Of a stretch of DNA of 64,000 bases, positions 52,879-64,000 are shown one piece after another. The notes beneath the pieces were generated by a model. The model was not told the DNA's origin. It did not search any database and saw only the letters and a list, made by a program, of their open reading frames with translations. The first letter of the stretch is position 1. Each line of letters starts with the position of its first letter. Origin of the DNA: Octopus bimaculoides. Lineage: Eukaryota. The position numbers and the translations under genes are program-made. The stretch lies in the NCBI RefSeq assembly GCF_001194135.2, contig NC_068998.1, positions 53,481,442 to 53,545,441 on the forward strand, in the 5' to 3' direction.

Positions 52879-54173
52879 GATTTTCAATATTTGAAGATAT
52901 TGACACAAGTGTTAAGAGCTCATGTAAAGATTTGAAACAGAAAAAGTTGAATGAGAAATGGAGATGAAGTTCGGAGTGACGAAAAGAAGATTAAGAGAGG
53001 TTAAAGACGGATTACGACTAAAAGAAAAGAGGACAATATGCAAGAAAGAACGACAACTTTCCGGTGTAAAGCAGGAATATAAGAGAAGGTAAGGAATTGG
53101 TAAAAACGAAATAGAGGATAGAATGAAATAAGTAATAGATTAAACTTTTAGTCTGAAGAGATTATTTGTAGACTGAAATGAAAGAAGAAGCAACAATTGT
53201 AGAAACTATAGGTGTTAATTATCAAATTAATCATAGAGCTATTATAGAAAGAAGGTTAAAGAGATATAAAGAAGAAATAACAGGATTGCAGATTTTGAAT
53301 ATTTCTTACTGCAAATCTCACCGATTCTCCACAGAGCAAAGGTGCTTCATAAGGAATATCCTAATATCGCAACTGAATAGTTTTCTTCAAGAATAATGAT
53401 CCCAGTATTTTGCAAAATCTAAACATGTTATTTTAACTCTTATGTATACATATACATAAGGCGGCAAAAGTTAAAATATTTTTTACTGACTTTTTAAAAA
53501 TAATAGTTTCTTATTTTCCGTAGGAGGGAACTTAAATTCCATGATGTAACCACATCAAAAAGATTTTAAAGTAATGGATTAAATTAATGAGTGATTCATA
53601 AATATCGTGTTACAAAATTGATTATATTGTTATCTATGATTATTTTATATTTACATCTGTTTTTGTGAAGAGTTGCAGAATTTGACACATTGCAATCTAA
53701 TAACCGTTGCAAGCTCTACTGCTGTTACAATTTCAACAACAACTTTACCATCTGGGGAAGGTTGGAGTAAGATGACATAAATATCGACATTTTATTCCAT
53801 TTAATCAATTCAGAACAGAAAAATGTAAATGAAAATAAAATCTCTCCATACATGTGGAGAGATAATTCAATATTTCCGATTAACCCTTCAAAAACGGTAG
53901 GTATTCGGGACGATGGAACAGTATACTATAATATACTTTGAAATAGAAGAATTTAAATGAATTTGTTTTTATCTTATTCCATTCCGGATTCCATCTATTC
54001 CATTCCATATATCCAAATATTTATTAACTATTAAAGTATGTAAATATTATCTTTCTATGTAAATAGTATTTCAAATTATATAAACTTATGTCATAACATA
54101 TAATGGTGATGATTTACACAAGCGAAATCATATGATGCGTGTATACACCGACCTACGCATACACAAACAAACA

Positions 54174-54215
<42 letters not shown>

Positions 54216-54525
54216 NNNNNNNNNNNNNNNNNNNNNNNNNNNNNNNNNNNNNNNNNNNNNNNNNNNNNNNNNNNNNNNNNNNNNNNNNNNNNNNNNNNNN
54301 NNNNNNNNNNNNNNNNNNNNNNNNNNNNNNNNNNNNNNNNNNNNNNNNNNACAGTATATATATATATATATACAGTATATATATATATATATACAGTATA
54401 TATATATATATATATACATATATATATACAGATATATATATGCATACAGGAAAAGGGAGAACAAAAACCAACGCATGACGCGTATAGGTGTGTGTATATA
54501 TATATATAATATATATACATATATA

Positions 54526-54560
<35 letters not shown>

Positions 54561-55138
54561 GAGAGAGAGAGATAGAGAGAAAGAGAGAGATAGAGTGAGA
54601 TGTATTTAGGTGTTTATATATATGTAAGCAAACACCCTTATGAATGTAAGGGTGCGTGCGGGTATATATTTCTTTAATTCTGCTAATAATATGCGCGTGC
54701 CTTCGCACGTGTGTGAGTGTGTATATGCCTGTGTATGTAAAAAAAATATTACATTTACTTGAGGGACAATCAATAAACACAAGCAAAAAGATAAGTTCAA
54801 AGGGGAATATAGTAATAGTCTTCATATTTGTATATATTTAACTATCGTATTTATTTCCTCTGCTTATAAATTCCATATAAAAAGTTGCATACAAAATTTT
54901 ATCGGCATCGTGTTTTTGTGTTCGTCTATATGTACTTATGTCACACACACACACACAGACACACATGCATACTCTCATTTTTAATTTAAAAAAATTACAC
55001 ACATCATAATCACTGAAACAGTTTAAATATTGAAAATTGGGAACGGATGACTATGCAGGTGTATCCAAATTATTCCAACACTTTCTTTCTCTGTGCTAGG
55101 TATGCTGTAAATGGGAGACAAATTGGAAATAAATAAAA

Positions 55139-55293
55139 TGAGTTGTACCTGTAATTCAAAGGGCCAACCTCGTTACGCTTATATCCCTGAGACCTAGGTT
55201 AAAGGCACTTGTCTTTGGAGTGCTCACATAACGAGGTTTCTCCGCTGATCGGATCAACCGGGACCATCGTCTTCGTAACCAACGCAGTGCCGG
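55139..55293 (+). mobile_element. Headless D/E-type SINE body
   Basis: cctgtaattcaaagggcc...ggagtgctca...tgatcggatcaaccgggacc...cgtaaccaacgcagtgcc is the reverse complement of 14410-14582. Confidence 0.8.
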
Positions 55294-56467
55294 TAATATA
55301 CATGGAAGAGCTCTCGGCTATAAGAGGGAATTAAGACAAGGCATATGCAAAAATAATGCCAACAAGAAAGAATGTCATCATTTTGAACTTGGGAACAAAA
55401 GTAGAAAAACACAAACCAGGCGCTATGGTAAATGTTACGGCAAGAAGCTTAAAACAGTTAAATTTATTGATTTTTAGCTTTGCATGGATAATTGCAAGAT
55501 CGGTATGTTGAGCTAATAGACATCATATTTCAGAGACGTAAAAACTAGTCATCCCTTAGAGGATGGTGCAGGGCACGCACCGGATCATCCACTTCGAATC
55601 ACGGAGCTTGCTCTTGCAGATAGCCATCTCTGTCCTGATAGCAGTGGTGTACTCAGGGAGTCAAGAATGCTGGAATATCCGATTCTTTCCATGCGACTCC
55701 CGCACTATAATATTTAGCCCGAGATACCCTTAGTTCTTACTGTTTCCACAGCCTCAACAACTTCTATTTCGATTCTTCCAAATACAGCAAAGTCCCGAAA
55801 CCTTGCTGTTACTTTCTCATAATCTTCTAAAGCCTCATTAATCTTCTAAAGTATTTCTTTATTATTTATTGTTTTCTTTTTCCTTCCTCAACCTCAAGGA
55901 ACGTAAGATGTCTAAAATAGTTTTGCCTGTACATATGAGTTTACTTTCAAATTTCTTATACTTTGGATGTAATGTTCTCTTCACATTACAGGACATTAAA
56001 ATATTTTGATATTTGAATCTTTTTTTTCTCATCAATTTCAATGGAATTCAGAATATCATTACATCAAAGGCTGATCTATATTATTCGTCCATTTAATATC
56101 GTTTCTTACAAACGTAACATTTCCATACATTTCCCTATACTCAGTTTAATGTTAAACATTACATCCTTTTTATTTCTTAATTTAAGCGCGTCCTTTATAA
56201 AAATCTTATTTAACTTTCTTATATCTTCAGTTTCTTTGAAGGAATTGGCTAATTTTATTCAGTGGATATCCATTGTGGCAATTTGTGGCTTATGTATTAG
56301 GCAGCTATGGCCGCTTCTTGTCTAGATAGACTTTCGTCTCTTCACTACAACATTTAATATAAAATGGTTTCTAAACAAGCACTCGGACAGTCGAACAACC
56401 AACCCAAAACGATACTCCTACGAAATTTATTGCTGATTTCCCGGCCCCGTAAAATTCTGTTGACTGT

Positions 56468-56822
56468 TCTTTGAGCCACTTCTTCACTATCTCCACACTC
56501 ACCAGATTTAGCGCCTTCAGACTATCATCTCTTCGGCCCCATGAAAGAGGGTTTGAGAGGCAAACATTATTCCAGTCACGAGGATGTGAAAATTGTAGTA
56601 AAGAAGTTGCTCAAAGAACAGTCAACAAAATGTTACGGGGTAGGGACACATGCTCTCATTCGAAGGTGGAACATTTCTATTGAGAGAAACGGTGACTATG
56701 TTGAGAAGTAGGGATGTGATCCACAGAGGACCAGCTTCATTTTGACGTATGATACATGTTCCTGTCTTGGTAATTATACCTGTCCTAAACAAAATGGCAT
56801 TACTTTTTGACTCACCCTCGTA
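56468..56822 (+). mobile_element. Mariner (Tc1/mariner) 3' fragment: transposase C-terminus and right TIR
   Basis: PHSPDLAPSDYHLFGPMKEGLRGKHY...RRWNISIERNGDYVEK* (YSPDLAP motif), then ttactttttgactcaccctcg-TA. Confidence 0.9.
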
Positions 56823-57274
56823 TATAAATTATATACAAGAAAAACATCATTTATGTATGCCTGTAAGCATTACTCAGGAATCAATGACATAATAATCTTC
56901 CCTAATTCAATGTTCACTATTTGCGTATATATATTAATATAAATATAATTTCGTAATTGATGCCGGGTAAACTTGAATTTGCAATCTTCACCCAATGCAA
57001 ACACAAGAAGCACAACTCGTTAAAATTATTTTGTTGAGGAATGAATTCATGAATGGACGTTAATGAAAGTTGAAAAATATATGAATATTTCCTTTGAATC
57101 CAGTATAAAAGAAAGCAAATGTTTTAAAATGCTTCAGAATTTATCAAGTAATTACTCTGGTTAAGAATTCAAATTGTAATCTAATTATTAGCAAAATATC
57201 ATTTAAGATATAATTCTGAAAATGTGAATTTCCAAACAAATAAGGGTTTCTCTTTGATATGCAAAACCAGTAAG

Positions 57275-57372
57275 TTTCAACTGGGTAGAATTAGTCGGTC
57301 ACATCATACACAGTAAGTGACTGGTACATTACTTTATCGGCCTCGGAGGTATGGCAGACGAGGTAGTTCTCA
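57275..57372 (-). mobile_element. Possible decayed SINE type B fragment
   Basis: gactggtacattactttatcggcctcggaggtatggcagacgagg resembles the type B reverse complement. Confidence 0.35.
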
Positions 57373-57815
57373 GCCAAACACTAGTTGACCGACGGCTGTC
57401 GTCCCCATGTGTTTAACTAAATAAATCTTTCACCAATATATTCTGATTCCCCGTTGTTTATTTTGTGTATAGATTTAGTAAAACTATAAAAGCTTCTTTA
57501 ACACCGTACAGAAAAAAAATCCAGCAATACATGTTATATAAAGAGAATTAGATTTATGTTTTCAGGCCGATATATATACATTTTCAGCAATATACATTTA
57601 TACGCATACATGAATATATAAATGTACGCACACATACCTATTCACAAAGATACATGCATACATGCCCACAATAAATTCCTAGACGCACGTATGACTATTG
57701 TTACTGGCGTGTAAAAATACGTTGTTGTCAATTTCGATTATGGTCGGGCAGCAAGGCATAGCTTTGTTATCGAAGAATTTAAAAGTAAATGATATAAATA
57801 CATACAACCATACAT

Positions 57816-58468
57816 AATATAGAAATAAAAGAAATAAAACCGCACAATATGGTAGGAGCCATAGCCGCTCATACTAAAAAGGAATACTGGTGGAATGTCC
57901 CAGTGAAGACCGCAATAAAATGTAAGCACAACAGACCTGATATAATGATTTGGGATAGAGAAGAGAAACTGTGCACAGTTGTGGAAATCAGCTGCCCAGC
58001 GGATGCTAAGATAAAGCTGAAGATCAGTGAGAAAGAGAACACCTACACTGAACTATTGAGAAATCTGCAGTTAATCTATCCAGATTACAAGTTCAGGTTT
58101 ATACCTGTAAGTATTGGGACCCTTGGATATGTAACACACTGCCTAAATACCAATCTTGAGAAATTAGGCTTCTCAAAACCAGAAAGGAGAAAGCTAATTC
58201 GAAGACTACAGATCCAATCCATCACTGGAACAATAAAAATCTGTAAAACTTTCCAGAAGTTCATCATCTAAATATACATGAGCATGTCTGGATATGTAAC
58301 TATATGCATGAAAATACATACATAAATCATAAAAATCTGTACATACATATATACAAACAAATATAACCTGTTGTTGATGTTGAAATTCCAATGAAGGAAC
58401 CTTGGATCTAGGTTAGAAACCAGTTCTTTCTCTATTGGCAAGAAATCTTAAAATAAATCGAATAATGA
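57816..58468 (+). mobile_element. R4/Dong-like non-LTR retrotransposon, 5'-truncated: restriction-like endonuclease domain plus 3' UTR
   Basis: Open frame 57849-58271: KEYWWNVPVKT..HNRPDIMIWD..CTVVEISCP..EKENTYTELL..IGTLG; (CATA)n at both junctions. Confidence 0.85.
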
Positions 58469-59756
58469 CATACATACACACATACATACATGCACAAGAT
58501 ACATTTATACACGTTGACGTAAGCACTTATCCGTGCGTATGTTCCTAAATAAAGAACTTTCGAATTTACTTAATTTCCACAAATATTCACTATGTTATCC
58601 GCAGGAAATCTATTCAGACTGCCGTACTAAACGTACATCGGAATCACATCTTTGAAGTTAAGGAATGTTAAGCTAAAACTTGCAATTCGGTGCATATACA
58701 GCAGACAGGATATTGTTCCATGCGAAAAGAATCCAAATTGATGCAATGTTTCAAAGTGCAGCTGCCCTTTGGATGTGAATATCGCATCTAATGATAAGGA
58801 AAAGGAGAATTTATGCTGAACTAATGTTGAATTGCTGTTCTTGTATTGTAGTTATAGATTCTCGTGTGTCTGTTATCGCAGGTGTATTGGACTATGTAAC
58901 ATCGGGCTGAATAGAAATGATGGAGTTTCTAAGAAAGAACAAAACGGTCTCGCATCATTTAAACTCAATCGATTTGTGGTTAAACGAAAAATGTTTAAAC
59001 CATCTGGAAGATACTATATTTCAGTTTATCTGACTGAACATATACACTCAAAATGATAACGTATGTGGTTACGGCATAAATACATTCAAATATACATGAA
59101 TGTATTGCCACGCAATTCTATCAAATAGACCTGTACATCCATTACATGAGAACAGAGAACACAATAGCTTACACATCCACTTGTTGAGGCACATACATTC
59201 ATAAATCACAGACACTGTTTCAACTCCGACACTGAGCGATTGTTACTCAGTTAATGTCAAATTTTAAATTTGCGACGAATTTCAGTGAATATTTCAGTAA
59301 AAGTAACACACATATANNNNNNNNNNNNNNNNNNNNNNNNNNNNNNNNNNNNNNNNNNNNNNNNNNNNNNNNNNNNNNNNNNNNNNNNNNNNNNNNNNNN
59401 NNNNNNNNNNNNNNNNATGTATATATATGCATATATATATACCGACGCAACTAAATCTTCGCTAATTTGATAATGTAGGCGTAATGATTTTTTTTTTCGG
59501 AAAAGTAATCAAAGTACACAGCAAGGGTTCGAAATCATCCTAACATAATTCCTCCCACTTAGACATGCTGTTAGATTAATCACGTACTGTAGACAATATA
59601 AAACTGTAACTACTGCACAAGAAACCACTGTACATACTTTTTAAATCTGGATCCCTTCAATGAATTCTTCATTCTCTGTTCAAGCACATTCCAACCTCAA
59701 TATCCTTTGGGTGTATGTTGTAATATTGTGGAATTGTTATTACATCATTTCAGAAG

Positions 59757-59900
59757 GTGGTGGGCTGATCGAATTGTTAGCTAGTCAGACAGAATGATTT
59801 GTGCTATTTGTTCCAGCTCTTTAAGTTCTGAGTTTAAAACTAACCGACATCCACTTTGACGTCCCTCATTTTGAGGTCCCAAAAACGAAGAACTAGTCAA
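59757..59900 (+). mobile_element. Highly decayed SINE type B
   Basis: ggtgggctgatcgaattgttagc...ttctgagttt...cactttgac...ttttgaggtc. Confidence 0.45.
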
Positions 59901-62227
59901 GTTGTGAGTTCGATGGATAAACTGTAGCCTAGTGTTAAAATGCGAAAGATTTATTTATTATATCATTTCTGGAAATTATATTTTGGCTCATATCTAGTTT
60001 TCTCAGTTCAAGAGACGGACAGACAGACAGAGAGAAAGTGATTGTATCAGAGATAGAACACTAGTATGTGTTAGCTAAATTTACGATGAACAGCAATATA
60101 GTAATATGAAAAATATTTGAGAGAAAACGCTAGGATATTGTTTAGTAAAAGAAGCCACACGATTGATATCACATTTCATTTAAATAACACTAAATAATAG
60201 ATAAAGTAATTCAACAAGTAACGTTTTAAGTCGCTTATTAACTGATAATACATGACTTGTACACAATGGCAACGCAATTGATATAATAGCATTAAACGTA
60301 TGTGAAAAAATATACAAATCACGTTTTATTCAACATTAAAAGTAAAACAATATACTTGTAAAAAGATAAAAATAGTAAATCAATCAGAAATCTGAATTTT
60401 TTTTTTCCTGTTAATTTCCTTTTTTACCGCGCCTTTTTCGTCTGTGATTTTAATCCTGTGTCATTTTTTTTTCCTTTGCTCTATTCAAATTTTCACGTGG
60501 GTGGAATTTATCGACACAGTAGAAGCCAATAAACCATTGAAAAATTCTAGCGCTACAAGGTTTCAACGAAAAATTATAGCCATCTAGTAAACTTCCTATG
60601 CAGTTCTGTTGTTCATTAAATGTAAAATTTCCATCTGGTTAGAAAGTCAGTAATTTTGGAAATAGATGTTTCGCATAGCTCATTTGAATACGGTAAGGCT
60701 GCAAAGTCATTTGTGTGCGGTTCGAAACATCGAAGGAGTTCAAAGATAATGTTGAGGAAGAGGAACAAAAATCACGGGTGTGAATAGTTTCAAGAACGTA
60801 TAGAAAGACACAAGTCTTTCTATACGAAACCTCAATGACTCCACCAATTTGCGAATTTATGATGTATATCGCTGAGACGAAGTTTGCTTTTATTGAAGCC
60901 AAGTGATAGAAGAGCTGATGCAGAAGAGCTGTTTTAATTCTAGAATAATACCATCTGCTGATGTGTTGTAATGATAGACAGCATCCACCACATCCACTGT
61001 TTTAATGATGGCAAATATTTTAACGATTTTCTTGAGGACAAAAAATCTCACACACCAATTGTGATTCATAAGTAGAACAACACATAACATAGGGTGATTA
61101 TAATGGTAGACTGGTTCACACGAATCTCTTGTTTAACAACAAAGTATTCTCTGTACAAAAACGTTTTAATGACAGAAGTCATCCCATCGCTGCTCCGTTT
61201 TAATGAGGGAATACTTAGTGCTGGCTCTTTGTATGAATTTTATCATTGCCAACTTTGCATTTTATATAAAAACAATGAAACATTTATCTCTTCAAATTAC
61301 TTGGTTGAAGCTTGGTGGAAAGCATGATCAAATACATAGACTATATTGTCTCTGATTTTACAACCATTAACTTAACATTACTAGCATCTGTCTTTCATAT
61401 CACCCAGTGAAGTGTATATTTTGAGAAATAAGTTTACGTTTCTTTCATCTGTTTCAACTATAATCGCTTAGGCCACAGATCATATAACAGAGACATAACT
61501 ATACAAATATTGCTGTGAGCATACCTGATGTGTGAATGAAACAGTTATCTACACGACAGGCAAGTTAAATGACTGTTTGAACAACCAAATTATGGTATTC
61601 TTGTCGATAATCCCAGCATCTCTCTCTTTAAATACTTGGGTGTTACCACAAAACTTCACGTTCATCAACGATTACAATATTTTCATAAAATGGAATTTAC
61701 TCCTTCGTAATTCCTAATATGTTGATCTCAAATATTTATATCGAAATTATAGTTTCTATAGTTCTTCATTGTAACTATTTTCTTATATTTATTTTCATGT
61801 GATTTTCCAGAAGCAGATATTTTTCTGGGATGGAATCAAATCTCTATGTTTTCTATTAATGAAATTATTTGACTCCAGTTTAATAAACCATTAACTCAAG
61901 GCAAATAATGTATTATACTTTTATAAAGAGTCATTATTAAATAAGACATTTGATTCAATTTGCTATGCTGGAACGTCAACAATATGTTTAATATTCAACA
62001 TATTTGAGGACCTGCAGTTAGCTGTTACTGTCTGATAATTTCGCAAACAGTTATATATGCATAATCGAAAATAAAATAGTGTAAAACGAAACAAAATTAT
62101 TTTGTCTTCGTAAAAGACTTTTTCTCAATACTTTGAGTAAAGTTTGAAATAGAGTTTCAAATAAATGGAAGAGTCTATTTAATCTTATGGGAATGATAAT
62201 CACTTATATACTTTGTCCTCTATACAG

Positions 62228-62500
62228 TTATAAATGGTAAAGAAGGCTGGGAGGATGGACTTATAACCAAAAAAAAAAAAGGAAATATGATGCAACTAAT
62301 TAAAAGACCACGCTGGGAATATAGAAGACACATAAATCAGCTAAGGAAGAGACATTCCGAAGAACGTAGAGAAATTCCTATGGAAGTATTTTTTTTTTAT
62401 GTAGTCGATGACCCACCACCGAAAGTAATGGAGTCCCGTCGAAACAGCATGAGAATATGGAAGCAGTTTCAAACCAAGAACAATTGGTGGAAGTAACGGA
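62228..62500 (+). mobile_element. Ty3/Gypsy LTR-retrotransposon integrase C-terminal remnant
   Basis: NGKEGWEDGLITK-(A-run frameshift)-GNMMQLIKRPRWEYRRHINQLRKRH..EIPMEV; RRHxNQLRKR is typical of Gypsy pol tails. Confidence 0.65.
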
Positions 62501-64000
62501 AGAATGACGACAGAACAGATTGTTCATAATTCAACACATCCATTGAAGACAAAATAGAAAAAATAGCTAATTAGGGAAATATTCATAATTCCTACCTCAT
62601 GTTATGAATCCCGATCTCACTTAGATTCGTATATTGCGTTTAGACATATAACCATAGTCTACATTTCCTCAATTCACCAAACAGAATTGGAGTAGATACC
62701 GGGTTATCTCAGAGTAATCTACCTGACAACTTCTCTGTATTTCTGTCAGGTGTATGTAGATATATCATTCACCTCGGGCAATACATGACATAACGAAATA
62801 GCTTCCAGAATTTACCATATATCAAGATTACATTGAGATTTCGAGCGACATGAGATTTCAAGTCACCCTGTGTTTTTTTTTAATTCGATATTTAAATATA
62901 AACAATTTCTTAACTTAAAGAAATAGTGATTATGGAATACCACTTTGAATAATTCAAAAAGTTCAGCAAACAATGGGGAACTTTCTGAAGACTTGTATTG
63001 TTCTTTAAAATAATTGATGTGTTCTGGGGAGACATAAAAATTTAAAATTTAATATAAACTTAGTAGTTAAAAGGAAGCCAAACAACATTTTATTCACTTT
63101 TCTCATTGAAGAAAACACATGAGATATTATAGAGATATTATTTTGAAGGAAATAGAAAAATTACATAGAAACAAAATTAAAACATCTCTCAAGATATTTT
63201 TTGATGCTTAAAAATATATCTTTAAACTTTCTTCTTTTTACTTAAATAATTTTAATACGAAACAAATACATGAATTTCATAGAATAGGAAATGTATTTTC
63301 CTTTTCAAGTTATCTTCTAATACGGCATTGTATGTTTGTCTATAGTTATTATTTTTTTTCTGTCATTGTTGCGCTTGTTTCTGCTGTTATTGTCATTGTT
63401 TTCACAAAATAGAGTGGCGCGGTGAGGAATGGTAGAATTCCAGAATCAATTAAATGCCATTCTAAATTATATACAGCGTTCTACGATCTGTTTTCGAATT
63501 CTGTTGATATAACTATTGCCTACATTGCCTCTACATCAGAAAAGAAAGTAACCATTCTATAATGAGGTTCATTATATTGCTTAGAATTGATACCTCGTCT
63601 ACATCCGTTATTTCTTCATAATTATGCATTTCCAACTGGCGTACGCATTTAAGTGCAGACATTTTTTTCTCCACATTATGATTGTTACAAAAGCAGAGAA
63701 ACGGGGCAAATAAGCGCATTTTGCTTGTGTAAAATCTCGTGTTACAGGTTTTCAAGAGGTGGAGAAAAACTGACTATTTTTATGCAGTGTTATACATTTG
63801 TCAGAAAAGGTAATTCATATAACTATAGTTAGCTTAGATTTAGTAAATCTGAAGCGAAGCTGTTAAAAAAAAAAGACTTATCTTACGCATTCATTTGTAC
63901 AGTACTTGAATTAACTCACTTGTGTTAGATCTTTTCTTGAAGAACAAAACCAATAAATAAAATAAACACACGGATCGTCGTTCAAACGGAATTGTTGGTA

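Larger units (their letters stand above)
2137..59417. other. 14 assembly gaps (N runs of 10 to about 470 nt)
   Basis: Approximate starts 2137, 8921, 9887, 15114, 18657, 19367, 22684, 23986, 25313, 35451, 39246, 44916, 54216, 59316; most are flanked by (TA)n. Confidence 0.95.

Noticed and set aside
55740-56330. Possible minus-strand RT thumb remnant (MFNIKLSIGKC..EKKRFKY)
   Set aside because: No YxDD motif and many stops; similarity too weak
61094-61327. IIMVDWFTR resembling an integrase core motif
   Set aside because: No further D,D-35-E context, and too far from the Gypsy tail at 62228

Overview
AT-rich, repeat-saturated eukaryotic DNA, almost certainly from an octopus (coleoid cephalopod) short-read assembly. 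This is inferred from the tRNA-derived SINE families, the extreme (TA)n/(TG)n/(CATA)n/(GAT)n microsatellite load and 14 N-gaps, most of which abut (TA)n. I find no supportable host protein-coding exon; most ORFs in the supplied track are microsatellite or gap read-throughs. The recognisable content is transposon debris: about 20 SINE copies of several modular types, two CR1/L2-group LINE 3' ends, an RTE-like 3' end with two intact C2H2 fingers, two R4/Dong-like (RLE) retrotransposon fragments, a mariner 3' end and a Ty3/Gypsy integrase tail. The most interesting signal is a set of type-I hammerhead-ribozyme-like motifs (12119, 15441, 43321, 47407; weaker ones at 10337 and 13940). Two of them sit inside elements with an inverted copy of their own 3' end, an architecture typical of Penelope-like retroelements and retrozymes. 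Also notable are an RLE element apparently inserted in (CATA)n and a LINE-SINE pair sharing a 3' stem-loop with compensatory changes. All family assignments come from motif recognition by eye, not database searches.
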